DNA of 63,097 nucleotides, the filler included, from Saprolegnia diclina VS20 (taxonomy: Eukaryota), in the NCBI RefSeq assembly GCF_000281045.1. It is 4 parts of 3 records of this genome, joined end to end, with 100 filler letters (N's around TTAATTAATTAA, not from the genome) between each part and the next. Parts side by side here need not be neighbours in the genome. Positions count along the whole stretch, not along the records: positions 1 to 27,667 come from NW_008246084.1; 3 more parts are not named here. One strand, given 5' to 3'. Below are positions 13,401-24,427 of the stretch, in pieces. The notes under the pieces were generated by a model. That model was not told the origin of the DNA, did no database searches, and saw only the letters and a list, made by a program, of their open reading frames with translations. Position 1 is the stretch's first letter; each line of letters starts with the position of its first letter. A program made the position numbers and the translations under genes.

Positions 13401-14822
13401 CTACCCAAAAATGCTTGAAAACACATCCATGAAGGCACCGCCGAGACTACCGCCGTCGTCCAAATCGACGCCGAAATCACCACCGTCGCTGCCGTAGCCA
13501 CCGTCGCTGCAGCTGATACCGTCGCTACCGTCGCTGCTGTACGCTTCATCTCCGCTCTCGCTTTGGCTCTCGTCGACATCGCTGTCGTCGGCCGTACCGC
13601 TGCCACCTTCGTCGATGTTCACGCCGTCCATGAGCGCGGCGAGGTCGTCGTCGGTCGTGTCAAAGCCGTAGTCACCTTCAAAGACGTCCATGTCGCCGTC
13701 GCCAAAGAAGTTTTGCGCCAAGCGGTACTGGTCGCAGACAAAGTCGGTGAGGTAGAGCACGTCCTCGCAAAAATCGAGCGCGGCCTCGATCTTGGTGGCG
13801 GTGCGCAGCACCGTGCCGATCGGCGTCATGGGCGTCGCAGTCGTCGCGGCCCGCAAAAGGAGCTGGAACGGCTTGTGGCCAACGCTAGAGACTTCGACAC
13901 AATCATAGCAAAAGTCGTAGTTGGCGGTGGTAAGCGACCGGTATCGGATGCCGAGGATCGACGGGATCTTGCAGCCGTCGCAAAAGATGCCCGCGTGCTC
14001 CGTCGGCGTTTCCATCTTGATGAACGGACCACAGTCAGAGCCTTTGTCAACGCACGACTGGCAGAGGTCGTAGTTGTCGTACGTCTTCGACTTGTAGCGC
14101 GGGCCACCGATCGGCATGACTTTGCAGCTGTTGCACTGGACGCCTGCGTGCACGACCACACTCTTCCACTCGACAAACGGCCCGAGCTCGTCCGAGTACT
14201 GGTTCGAGTCGTGGCAGCGCTTACAGAGCTGCGCGAAGGGATGCTGGGTTGACTGGTATCGAGGCCCGACGATAGCCTTCTGGTTGTCGCAGGCGATGCA
14301 CTCGGAGCCCGGGTGGACGACCGGCGGGCGAATGCGAATGCGGAACGGCCCGTGGGACTTGTTGTAAGCCCCCGAGACAGCGCACGAGGCGCAGAGATCA
14401 AACTTGGTGTTGGTCGTCGACCGGATGCGCGGACCGGCAATCGGACTCACGCGGCAGCCTCCGCACGTCGTGCCGCGGTGCGTGGCGGTGCCATGCAGCA
14501 CGTTGAAGGGGCCGTGGGACCGGTTGAACTTGCCGCTGCGGATGCAGTAGGCACACAGCTCAAAGTTCGGGTCCTTGGTCGACGTCGCTTTCGGGCCCAC
14601 GATGCGCGGCGCGTTGCAGCCGCTGCAGCCCGTGAGGTGCGACGGCGGAGCCTTGTGTACCGAGAACGGCGCGTGCGACTTGGTCCACTTGGCACTCAGC
14701 GCACAGGGCTTGCAGAGGTCGACACTCGGCACCTTGGCCGACTGGAGACGCACGCCGACGATCGGAAAGGCGTTGCAACCTTGGCAGGCGACGGGGTGCT
14801 TGGCTGGCGCGGCAGTCGACAT
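13401..14822 (-). CDS. Protein with six tandem ZZ-type zinc fingers and an acidic D/S/G tail
   Basis: Intronless 473-aa ORF with six CxxC..IxGxR(Y)xS...(Y)DLCxxC...HGPF-type units, e.g. CNSCKVMPIGGPRYKSKTYDNYDLCQSC. Confidence 0.9.
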   Translation of the reverse strand: MSTAAPAKHPVACQGCNAFPIVGVRLQSAKVPSVDLCKPCALSAKWTKSHAPFSVHKAPPSHLTGCSGCNAPRIVGPKATSTKDPNFELCAYCIRSGKFNRSHGPFNVLHGTATHRGTTCGGCRVSPIAGPRIRSTTNTKFDLCASCAVSGAYNKSHGPFRIRIRPPVVHPGSECIACDNQKAIVGPRYQSTQHPFAQLCKRCHDSNQYSDELGPFVEWKSVVVHAGVQCNSCKVMPIGGPRYKSKTYDNYDLCQSCVDKGSDCGPFIKMETPTEHAGIFCDGCKIPSILGIRYRSLTTANYDFCYDCVEVSSVGHKPFQLLLRAATTATPMTPIGTVLRTATKIEAALDFCEDVLYLTDFVCDQYRLAQNFFGDGDMDVFEGDYGFDTTDDDLAALMDGVNIDEGGSGTADDSDVDESQSESGDEAYSSDGSDGISCSDGGYGSDGGDFGVDLDDGGSLGGAFMDVFSSIFG

Positions 14823-14834
14823 GGTATTGGCAGC

Positions 14835-14851
14835 GGAAATTGAAAACTGAG
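14835..14851 (-). promoter_or_regulatory. Oomycete INR+FPR core promoter-like element
   Basis: Minus strand CTCAGTTTTCAATTTCC, just upstream of ATG 14822. Confidence 0.55.
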
Positions 14852-14871
14852 GCTCGCTGCCACCACAAGAG

Positions 14872-14921
14872 TCCGTTCAACGATTTTTGCACAGCTTCCG
14901 TTCAACGATTTTTGCACAGCT
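14872..14921. repeat. Perfect 25-nt tandem duplication
   Basis: tccgttcaacgatttttgcacagct x2. Confidence 0.95.
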
Positions 14922-16484
14922 TATGTCCTTGGTCCTTAGCGACCAGGCAAATTCAATGGATTGTTCTTATCATCAGAACGAGTGCGTGCAAGCGCTGATA
15001 GGTAGGTTCTACTCTCAGTATACTAGCATGCACACTAGCGCAGAGGAGTACGGTCTTGAATAGGAAGCGGCTCGGCGACCAAGCAAGTGAAGTTCAATCA
15101 AAGCGAGCAAAAAGATCATAAATTCAGGCGAGTGACCGGACGAGGCTAGGCGCTTGATTCAGGAAGTGATTGAAAAGTGTCGTTGCGCGACCTCGTTGAC
15201 GTCCCACAGTGACCTCATGACATTGTTGATCGATGCTTTATGCGTGGTTTGGTATTTACAAGCTCGTACATCGTCCGAAAGGCAGTGTTGTGCGTTCCTA
15301 GGGACGTCGAGAGAGACTGCAGTCGAAATCGGCCCGCGTATGGGATGGAGACGCAGGATTACAGTCTACAAGGCGGACGACCATATGCGACACATACATG
15401 AAACGGCTGGTGTCGAAGCGAAACGTCTGGTGCTGCGGAAGCGTTACATTGAGGTTATCAAGTTGCTTTCGAGCATGCTCCTCGGCGTTGACGGCGGTGA
15501 CTTCACGACGTCGCCTCGAGGACCTGGGCAAAAATGCATCATACGATAGTACACAAACAACTTTATGAGCAATGCTTTTGTGCTGGTGTATCGGATACAC
15601 AGCAGCAATCAATCCGATCTTAGTCTGACATAGTCTTATAGAATCAAACACCATGCCATAACCCTCTACCTTCGATAACGGCCGTAGACATATTAGGTTT
15701 TCCAAGTGCGTACTTGCAAGGCTATATTTTTATGGTCTTGGTACTTGCGAAGGGCCCGCCGAGCAACAATTTCAAATCTAGAGACCAAGCCCGTGAACCC
15801 TGATTCGGTGGAAAGTTCGAACTGCCTTATATTTTAGTCGCCAACAACGTCGTGCAGTGATTTTTGGAGGCTGATCGAGGATAGAGAATGGTGGGTAAAG
15901 ACGTGCGGCGTCGACGTGCTGCGACGACGTGCTGCGACGATGGGCAGGAGCATAAACCCACGCTCTCTGTTTCCCTTATTTCTAGAACGACGACAGATTC
16001 ATTTACCATACATACTCTCTACAACCCGTAGCGATTCTCAGACATATCCTTCCTCAAGATACGCTGCACCCAACGAGGCTGTGCAATGCTGGCTTCGATG
16101 TGTTCCCTATCATTTGAAAGAAGAAGGTACATTGAACTGGCTCGTCGCACTGCCTCCTCGCGGTCGCGCCGCTGCAGCAAGCCGTTTGAGGGCAAATACA
16201 TACGTCTTGTGTCCATTGAGGGACAACCTGGTCATCAAGTACATACACTGACGGTGCCGAGGCAGGCGTCTTGACCTGGCGTGTACTAGAAACTACGTTC
16301 CATACAGTCCAGTTGCGCGTGGCTGTGGATGGAGCAGGATGTGAAGTGGGGCTGGAATGCCGTCTCACATGTGGTAGCGCGAGCGGACAGTATCAACCAG
16401 CTGCGCGTCGTGACAACGACGGCGCTCGTCTTCAACTTTAATGGCGCCCTCCCACCCTCCCGCGAGGGTCGACTGCCCCGACTG

Positions 16485-16500
16485 CCATTTTCCAATTTGC
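16485..16500 (+). promoter_or_regulatory. Oomycete INR+FPR core promoter-like element
   Basis: CCATTTTCCAATTTGC ending 25 nt before ATG 16526. Confidence 0.6.
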
Positions 16501-16525
16501 GATTCAAGCTACCAGCAGTCCAAGC

Positions 16526-19120
16526 ATGGCTACGGTCGCCCCTCCTCGTCACCCGATCGCCTGCCACGGCTGCAGCTCGTTCCCGATCGTTGGTCCGCGT
16601 CTCCAGTCGACAACGACCCCCAGCATCGACTACTGCAAGCCGTGCGCGGCCAAGTCGGCTACAGCGCATGGCCCGTTTGCGCTCCACGCTGCGCCGCCCG
16701 TGCACCGCGTCAGCTGCAGCGGCTGCAAGGCCGCCACCATCGTCGGTCCGCGCGCCGTCTCCAAGGCTGTCAAGGGCTTCAACCTCTGCGTGCATTGTGT
16801 TCGCACCCGAGCGCATGACGAGACGCACGGGCCATTCATCGTGCTGCACGGCGCGGCGGCGCACCGAGGTGCCGTCTGCGGCGGCTGCAAAGCCTCGCCG
16901 ATCGTAGGTCCCCGCTTCACGTCGTCCAAAGACGCGTCGCTCGACCTCTGTGCGTCGTGCGCCATCTCGGGGCGCTGGAACGTGTCGCACGGTCCGTTCA
17001 CGGTGCTGATCAAGCCGCCCGCCGTGCACCCGGGCAGTACATGTGCAGGGTGCAAGACCGCACCGGTCGTCGGGCCCCGGTTCCAGTCGACGAAGCACCC
17101 GGCCTTAAGTTTTTGCAAGTCATGCACCGACTCGGGCACCTACACGGCCGAGCACGGGAGCTTCTTTGCGTGGGCGCTGCCGGCCGCGCACCCCGGCGTC
17201 GCGTGCAGCAACTGCAAGGCGGCGTTGATCGTCGGTACGCGCTACAAGGCCAAGGCGACGCCCAACGCGGACCTGTGCTCGACCTGCTACGTCAAAGGCG
17301 GATATGGCGGAGCATACCAGTCGATCGAAACGCCCGTCGTGCACCGAGGGTTTGCGTGCGACGCCTGCCACGCGCCGTCGATCGTCGGCGTCCGGTACCG
17401 GTCAACGACGACGCCCAACTACAACTTGTGCCGCGACTGCGTCCAGAACGATGCGACCCACGGCCCGTTCCAGATTGCGCCCGCGCCGCTCGTAGCCAAG
17501 AAGACGACGGCCTCCAAACCGGCGCCAGCTCTAGCCAAGCCGGCTGAGACGCCCACCAAGACGTCCGAGACCCCGGCGCCTGGGACGAGCAAGCCGCCCA
17601 CGACGAAGGCAGAGGCGCCAACCAAGAAGGTAGAAACGCCGGCCAAGTCAGTGACAGTCAAGACGACCGTGACGAAGACCGAGGCGCCGGTGAAGTCGAA
17701 TGCTGCGGCGACGAGCAAGCCCACGGCAACGCCCAAGAAGCAGCCGACCGTCCGTGCAAAGCCCGCGTCGACAACGGCGGCGTCGACGTCGCAATTCGCG
17801 GCGCATGTCGAAGCTGTCCGGGACGTTTGCAACGATGTCTTGTACTTGCACGATGTGGCCTCCGAGCTTGTGGCGGCCGCCAGCACCGTCGTGAACGGTC
17901 GTGATGACCAAGCCAAGGCACCCGTGCGACCTAATCCGGTCGCCACCAAGCCCGCCCGAGCTGCTAACAAGCCCACACCAACGAAGCCCCAGCCTGCACC
18001 GCCAGCTGCAACGACCGCCAAGCCAAAGACGACGACCGCCAAGCCAACTGCGACGACCGCCAAGCCAACTGCGACGACCGCGCCGGCTGCGCGACGGACG
18101 CAGGCAACGACGGCGTCGACGATTGGTCGCGCGAACGACGGCGTGGCGCGCAACCAGAGCCACAGCGCCAACATGGTCGTCGTCGAGCACAGCATCTACG
18201 TCGAGAGCGCTATCTACGACAATGATCACTACGACCTGCAGTTGTATCTCACCGAGAAGAACGAGCTCGAGTACGATGGGCAGTACGACGTGTACGAGCA
18301 CCAATACGACGTCGAGCTCGACGACCTCCATGGGACCCACGTGACCCTCGAAATGCACGGCAACAACCACGAACATTTCGACTACGACTGCTACGACAAC
18401 GACCACCCAGCGTACACCGACGACGACGGCCTCGGCGACGATCACCAAGAGTACCTGGACTACGACCTCTACGACCACCCCGAGCATCTCGACAACGACG
18501 ACTACGGCAATGACCACGTTCAGTACACCGACGACGATTGCTGCGACAACGACCACCCAGAGTGCACCGAGTACAACGGCTGCGGCGACGACGCAGCCTA
18601 CTTTGAGGTTGGAATCGACGACGACTACGACCACGGCTGTGACGCGGGCTGTGGCGACGACCACGTCGAGTACTACGAGGAGACCCAATGTGACGACGAC
18701 GAGGCAGACGACAACGACGAGGCAGACGACGACGAGGCAGACGACGACGACGAGGCAGACGACGACGACGAGGCAGACGACGACGACGAGGCAGACGACG
18801 ACGACGAGGCAGACGACGACGAGGCAGACGACGATGACCAAGTCGAAGCCGACGACGATGACCATTGCGACGAAGAAGACGAGGAGGTGCACGACGACGA
18901 CGACGGCAGCGAGAATGGTGAAGAAGACGACGATGACGAGGAGCACGAAGTGGATCACGACAACAATGTGGACGACGAGGACGAGCATGACGGCTGCAAC
19001 GACGAAGACGACAGCGGAGCTGAAGAGTACACTGGCCACGGGCACTCGGACGACGACGACGATGAGGACTCGGACGACCATCATGACTACAATGGCCAAT
19101 CGGACGACGACGAAGAGTAG
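16526..19120 (+). CDS. Protein with six tandem ZZ-type zinc fingers, P/A/K/T-rich linker and very long D/E/H/Y-rich tail
   Basis: Intronless 864-aa ORF; six repeats collinear with the 13401-14822 paralogue; C-terminal ~300 aa dominated by D/E. Confidence 0.9.
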   Translation: MATVAPPRHPIACHGCSSFPIVGPRLQSTTTPSIDYCKPCAAKSATAHGPFALHAAPPVHRVSCSGCKAATIVGPRAVSKAVKGFNLCVHCVRTRAHDETHGPFIVLHGAAAHRGAVCGGCKASPIVGPRFTSSKDASLDLCASCAISGRWNVSHGPFTVLIKPPAVHPGSTCAGCKTAPVVGPRFQSTKHPALSFCKSCTDSGTYTAEHGSFFAWALPAAHPGVACSNCKAALIVGTRYKAKATPNADLCSTCYVKGGYGGAYQSIETPVVHRGFACDACHAPSIVGVRYRSTTTPNYNLCRDCVQNDATHGPFQIAPAPLVAKKTTASKPAPALAKPAETPTKTSETPAPGTSKPPTTKAEAPTKKVETPAKSVTVKTTVTKTEAPVKSNAAATSKPTATPKKQPTVRAKPASTTAASTSQFAAHVEAVRDVCNDVLYLHDVASELVAAASTVVNGRDDQAKAPVRPNPVATKPARAANKPTPTKPQPAPPAATTAKPKTTTAKPTATTAKPTATTAPAARRTQATTASTIGRANDGVARNQSHSANMVVVEHSIYVESAIYDNDHYDLQLYLTEKNELEYDGQYDVYEHQYDVELDDLHGTHVTLEMHGNNHEHFDYDCYDNDHPAYTDDDGLGDDHQEYLDYDLYDHPEHLDNDDYGNDHVQYTDDDCCDNDHPECTEYNGCGDDAAYFEVGIDDDYDHGCDAGCGDDHVEYYEETQCDDDEADDNDEADDDEADDDDEADDDDEADDDDEADDDDEADDDEADDDDQVEADDDDHCDEEDEEVHDDDDGSENGEEDDDDEEHEVDHDNNVDDEDEHDGCNDEDDSGAEEYTGHGHSDDDDDEDSDDHHDYNGQSDDDEE
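18008..18080 (+). repeat. 21-nt coding tandem repeat (TTAKPTA-like)
   Basis: About 3.5 copies of gcgacgaccgccaagccaact. Confidence 0.8.
18692..18860 (+). repeat. Coding minisatellite of EAD(D)n units
   Basis: Eight consecutive gaggcagac(gac)n units of 15-18 nt plus one diverged copy. Confidence 0.9.
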
Positions 19121-20159
19121 CACCATTTCATCGCTTTCGTAGTGCACAACCTAAACCTATATACACTTGCGACAAAACTCGGTTACGTAGTTTTTGAGAT
19201 AGAGATTGTTCGGTCGCGGGTCTTCTGTGGGACTCGGCGTCAACAATTCTTAGTCGATAATTTCTTTTGTGTCTGGGCAGAATGATCGGGCGATCGGTCG
19301 CCAGTCACCTACCGGAATCACTCGATGACAGCGCGTCGTCGAGTCTTCTGCATCATGTTTATCGGGCCAGTGCGCTGCCTCCAAGCACTCCCACCAGCAT
19401 TCTTTATCTGCACGCACGAGGGCTCGCCTTGTTGCTTGCATACTCTACCCGAGTTCAGCGAGAAGGGTCCGCCATCGAGTTGTCGCCAGTAATGGTTACT
19501 TGCTCCCGAGTGGTGGCCTCGATCACCCTAACTCGCTATTTGTTTGAAAATGATAGGCGTGCGACCAAGTGCCTCAGTGCTTGACCGATCCGAACCCTCG
19601 CAGAGACCCAACCTCAGCGCCGACGCGGTCCTCGACGACCGGCGACGAGGCTGCTGCGGATTGTGGGGAGGACCGCCACGTCATTGGCTCGAATATTTGG
19701 CTGCCGAATCGCACGTGGAATTCATTGGTCGAACGCCAACGGCAATGTGGGTTTTTGGGTGTTTGGGTTTGTCCCAAGAGGCCACCGCCACTTCAGGATG
19801 CAGCGCCCGACGTCCACCCAACGATGCGCGGACTTACTATACTTATATAGTTATATAGGACCACGGTGCTACGCTCGGTTCAGTCCGGTTCTATGCACGC
19901 GCTTGCATTCAAGCGTAGCAATGATGCAAGGAGAGATGGGTTGGGTGCGCAGTGATGGTCACGTTTGTCCCAAAATGGGACAAAGCTCAAGATATTCCAC
20001 CAGCCTTCATTCCCCTTCGAGCCGGTCGATGCTAGCCCATCCTCGCTGTACGACGCCTAGCACCACGAGCGTCATTGACAGCTAGCACCTACCGTGTAGA
20101 GTACTCCGCCCTAGACCTTTACCAAGCTCTTTGCCTTTACGCGCGCCTCCCACGACGAG

Positions 20160-21041
20160 ATGAAGAAGCGATCGAGCTCGATGCAGACAACGGCGCCCGG
20201 CGCCTTCTTTGGCAAGAAGTCGCCGCCCAAGAAGGCCGACGAAGAGGCGCTGCGGCGTGGCTCGAGCGCCATGGACACCGACTACCTTGCGTTCCAGACG
20301 CCGCAGCTGCCCAAGACTCTGGTACCACGAATTCTCGTGTTGGCGGCGCTAACGATGCACAGGAGGGCTTTCCCGACCTCTGCAGCGCGATCGCTGTCGG
20401 CGATGTGGACGAAGTCCGCGCGATGCTACAAAACGCCAAGCAGGACGCCAACGTCGCGACGCCGGACGGCGACCTCCCGCTGCATGTGGCATGCATGCAC
20501 AGCCACACACACATTGTGACGCTGCTCATCCAAGCCGGCGCCCACATCCACTCCATGGACAAGGTAGGTCCTCCATGTGTCGTCGGGCTCGAGACGATGG
20601 CAACGGTCTTATGTAGTATGGGGACACGCCGCTGCACTTGGCCTGCCGCCACGCCAACGTCCGCATCGTGCAACTGCTCCTGAACGAACTCGCGTCGACG
20701 GCCATTGTCAACCGCGTACGTCGAGCGGTTTGCTGCATGGTCGTTGCTCATCGTATCGGCACTGGTAGCGAGGCTGGACGGCGCTGGAAGAAGCTGAAGA
20801 ACGCGCGCGCCACGACGACGTCGGCAGCTCCATTTACCATCTCGTGCTCGAAGCCAGCATTCCAAAATCTGCGTCGTCGAAAGAAGCTGCTGAGCCCAAG
20901 CGGACGCGCAGTCGGACCTACTCAGTGGTACGTCCATGCACTGTCCTTGCATCGCGGTATATACTAATCGAATATGTCTAGTCGCTCGAGAAGGATCCGT
21001 CGTTTGTACAGAGTGTCATTTCGTGGTTCAAGAAGCTCTAA
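20160..21041 (+). CDS. Ankyrin-repeat protein, five exons
   Basis: Spliced reading MKKRSS...PKTL|EGFPDL...DGDLPLHVAC...SMDK|YGDTPLHLACRH...VNR|RGWTALEEA...YSV|SLEKDPSFVQSVISWFKKL*; four GT-AG introns. Confidence 0.75.
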
Positions 21042-21272
21042 GTGTCGAGACAAGCACCCAGAGGCGCATGCGACCGTAGCTTGTTGCCCTGTAATTATAA
21101 CGCGTTCTGTGTCCAACCATATTCTGCTCATCTGCCCGCACTCATGTCGGCTGTACGTGTTCAGCACTCTACAGTTCTAGCTACTAAGTACACTGTACAC
21201 AATATACTTGTACACGTTGCGTCGTTGACGTCCGGACGAAGCGCGACAACCCTACCCCGTTACACCGAAACC

Positions 21273-24200
21273 CTACCCCTCATCTTCAAACCGGACCGTC
21301 TTGCGCTGCTTGAGCGGCCGCGGCGATGTCTCTAGCGCATGGGCCCTGTACACGTCGGCCCGAGGCACCGAGAGAAGAGTCGGCAGTGGCTCGGCAGGCG
21401 CTACGATGGCCTCGTTGCAAGCGCCCGCTTCGATCAGGCGCACGTTGCTCAGCACATAGCCGATACGCGACGCCCCGGAGCGCTCAGACGCAGCCGCCGA
21501 CGACGTCGCCGACGTCTTCTTTCTTGTCTGCAGCGCATTTTTCAGCGCGCCGCGCACCGAGCTCGCATCTTTGGCGTGGCTTTCGTACGACTGCCGCACG
21601 AGCGTCTCCATGGACCCGCGCATCTCGAGCTGCTCGACGACGACCGGCCCCGTGGCGCCCATGCGGTGGGCGCGCGCAATCACTTGCTGCTCGACGCTCT
21701 TGTCCCAGACCTCGTCCATGAGGAAGATGTGCGTCACAAACGAGAGGTCGAGACCGACAGCGCCGACTTCGGTCAGAAAGAGCACATGGAGTGTTGGGTC
21801 GTGCTGGAAGAGCCGGAGCTGCTCGAGCCGCGTCTTCATGGCGTCGCCTTGGACAAACGACGCGGTTCGCATGGCGCGGCGCTTGAACTCGAACCGGACG
21901 CGGAAGAGGTGCTCACGAAACTCGGAGAAGATGATGACCTTGATCGGCCGCGTCGGCGGTGCAAACGGGTTGGCACGATTGGCCGTCGCGTCGGCCACGA
22001 GCGCCGTGACCCGCGAGAGAACGTAGAGGCCTTTGCTGCTCGACCAAATGTGGGCGGCGAGCGTCGCTGCCTCCGTCTCGGGCGGTTCTTGGGCGTCCCA
22101 CTTGTAGTCAAAGCCGGGCTGGAGCTTCTGAAAGTCTTCCCAGTCAAAGGACGCATAGCACGCGGGACACGTCGTGTAAAAGTCGCGCTCAAACCCCGTG
22201 GTGGAGACATGGGCATCGATGCAGTCGGCGCAAAGCAAGTGGCCGCACGGGACGACCATAAGAAACTGCTGCGCGCGGCAACAGGCAAGGCACGGCGTGC
22301 AGAGGCCGTTGGGCGCGTCGTGCATGTAGGCAATCACACGCGCTTGGCGCTCGGGCGGCACTTTGAACTCGTTCAAGTACTCGATCGTCTCGGTGTAGTA
22401 CGCCGTTGAGAGATGAACGTCCATTTGCCCGCCGCCGCTGGACGCAAGGCGCAGGTTGGCCAGCGCCGTGAGCGCGTCCCGCCTGCAAAAACGTCGTTGA
22501 ATGTTGCGACAATATGGCCAAGATCCTACCGATTTTCAGGGTTCAGCAAACTGTCCTTGTGCGCTGGCCCGGGCGTCAACGGGTCCCATTTTGTCACCTA
22601 CGGGCGTCGCATCATGATGCGTCGAATGAACAATGTGTACACTCTACCACAAGGTTGCCACGAATGACGCCGACGACGCCATTGTAGATGCGGTACTCGA
22701 GGTCGGACGGCGGTACGATCACGTGCGTGCGCACTGGGTCTGGAATGCTTTGCACATCGCTCTTGACGTGCCGCAGCATGATGCGATTCAACAGGTGGCG
22801 CAGCCGGAGGTACCCGACGCGGTCGCGGCGCTCAAATGGCTTGGCGATCGCGTGCAGCCACGGCTTGTCGTCGTTCGCACCGTACGGCCGATCGCGCAGA
22901 AAGCGCAGCAGCCCGTGCAGGTGCCGGAGCCCGTCGGTCTGCGCGACATGCCGCGTCGGCGTTCCGGTCATGATCCAGCGCTTGTCGCTGGAGAGCGCAC
23001 ACAGCATTTGGATCGCGTTGGTGATGCTCACGCCGCCGAGTTTATGGCCTTCGTCGACAATGATGCGCACCCAGTGGACTTGGAGCAGCGGCGAGAGGCC
23101 GCGCGAGAGCGTGCCGTCAACGTACGCCGCCTGGCCTTCAAACCCTAACCGCGCCGGCGCACGCGTCTCGAGTGGTCGCTGCGTCTGCCAGTGGTTACTG
23201 ATGCGGCCAAAGGTCGTCACAATGACGTCATAGGTCGTAAGAATCTCGGCGCTTGGCAAGTCGCGCTGGTCGTCGATGTAGACGCTCAAGTTGGTCGTGT
23301 GCGTGAACAGCTGGTGGCCCCAATGGGCGACGAGCGTGTCGGGTACAATGACAAGAGACGTCACCGACGCCAGGAGACGCGGCGAAGAGCCGGACGATGA
23401 CGCGCCTTGGCTCGAGCGAAGCCCGTAGCCGCGGTCATGGGCCAGCGCAGGCAAGGTCGTCACGCGGGACCTGGCGCCTTGTGTACGCAGGAGAAGCGCG
23501 ATCATTGTGATCGTCTTGCCAAGGCCGGGCTCGTCACAGAGAAAGCCACCGCGCATGTCGATGGCCGGCAGCGGTGACGAATGCACGCGGTGCAAGACGG
23601 GGTCGATGACGTCGCCGACAAGATACGGGTGCGGGAGGGCCCTAAAGAGCAGTGTTCAGAGCAGTAAGGTACGCACGGCCAACGCACCGGGCCGAGCATT
23701 CGCGGTACAACATCCATTTGAGCGCCTTCTTTTGGTGTGGGTATAGGTGCAGCCGGAGGCGGGGCACCGTGTCGTACGTCAGGTGCTGCAGCGTCGTACA
23801 AACCATGGCGATCATCGCGAGCTCTTGTGCGTTAAGGAGACGCATGATGTCCCACATGATGTTGAAGGGCAGATCCGTGAGCAATGGCGCGCTTCCCGCC
23901 GCGCAACGGGCCGCGTAGGCGCCACCGTCTCGAATCGCCAAGCGGCTGGCTTCGAACGGCGCCTCCAAACTCGTAAAGAGCGTTGCGAGCGTGTACCGAT
24001 CGGGCGCGCCGTCGTGATCGTGGAGGAGGCAGCCGAGAACGTGGCACTCGGTCGTCAGCGCCTCTGCAAACGCCGCTGGGAGGTCGCGCGCCGGCTGTCG
24101 CAGCGCCGACTGGAAGTGCTCGAGTACGTACGTGTGGCCTTTGATCCACTTGGCGTGCGTGGGCAGCGCTGATGCAAAGTGCAGCGAGAGCGTGATGCAG

Positions 24201-24427
24201 GCGCCGCCGACGGACGGCGTGATGGCGGCGTCCAGTCGAAGGTCGTGCTCATGCGCGAACGCGAGGAGCGCCTTCCAGAGCGTCTGCGTGAGGCAGTAGC
24301 GCTCAAAGCCGGGCCAGAAGTGGGTGTCAAGACTGCGCAGGTCGGCGCGCTGGAGCCGCACCTCGCGCTTCACGACAACTGCGTCCGCCCATGGCACGGC
24401 CACATCAAGCGTCCCGAGGCAGAGCAT
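21273..24427 (-). CDS. F-box + SNF2-family ATPase + RING protein, spliced
   Basis: F-box LTDLPFNIMWDIMRLL; LYPHQ; DEPGLGKT; VDEGH; TGTP; RING CGHLLCADC...CPAC; GAVGLDL; QVIARAHRMG; introns near 23.65, 22.62 and 22.5 kb. Confidence 0.88.

Noticed and set aside
15154..15705. Overlapping ORFs between the ZZ genes as a transposon relic
   Set aside because: No transposase or RT motif recognised
17648..19147. 499-aa Val-rich antisense ORF and Thr-rich alternative frame
   Set aside because: Shadows of the GAC-rich acidic tail
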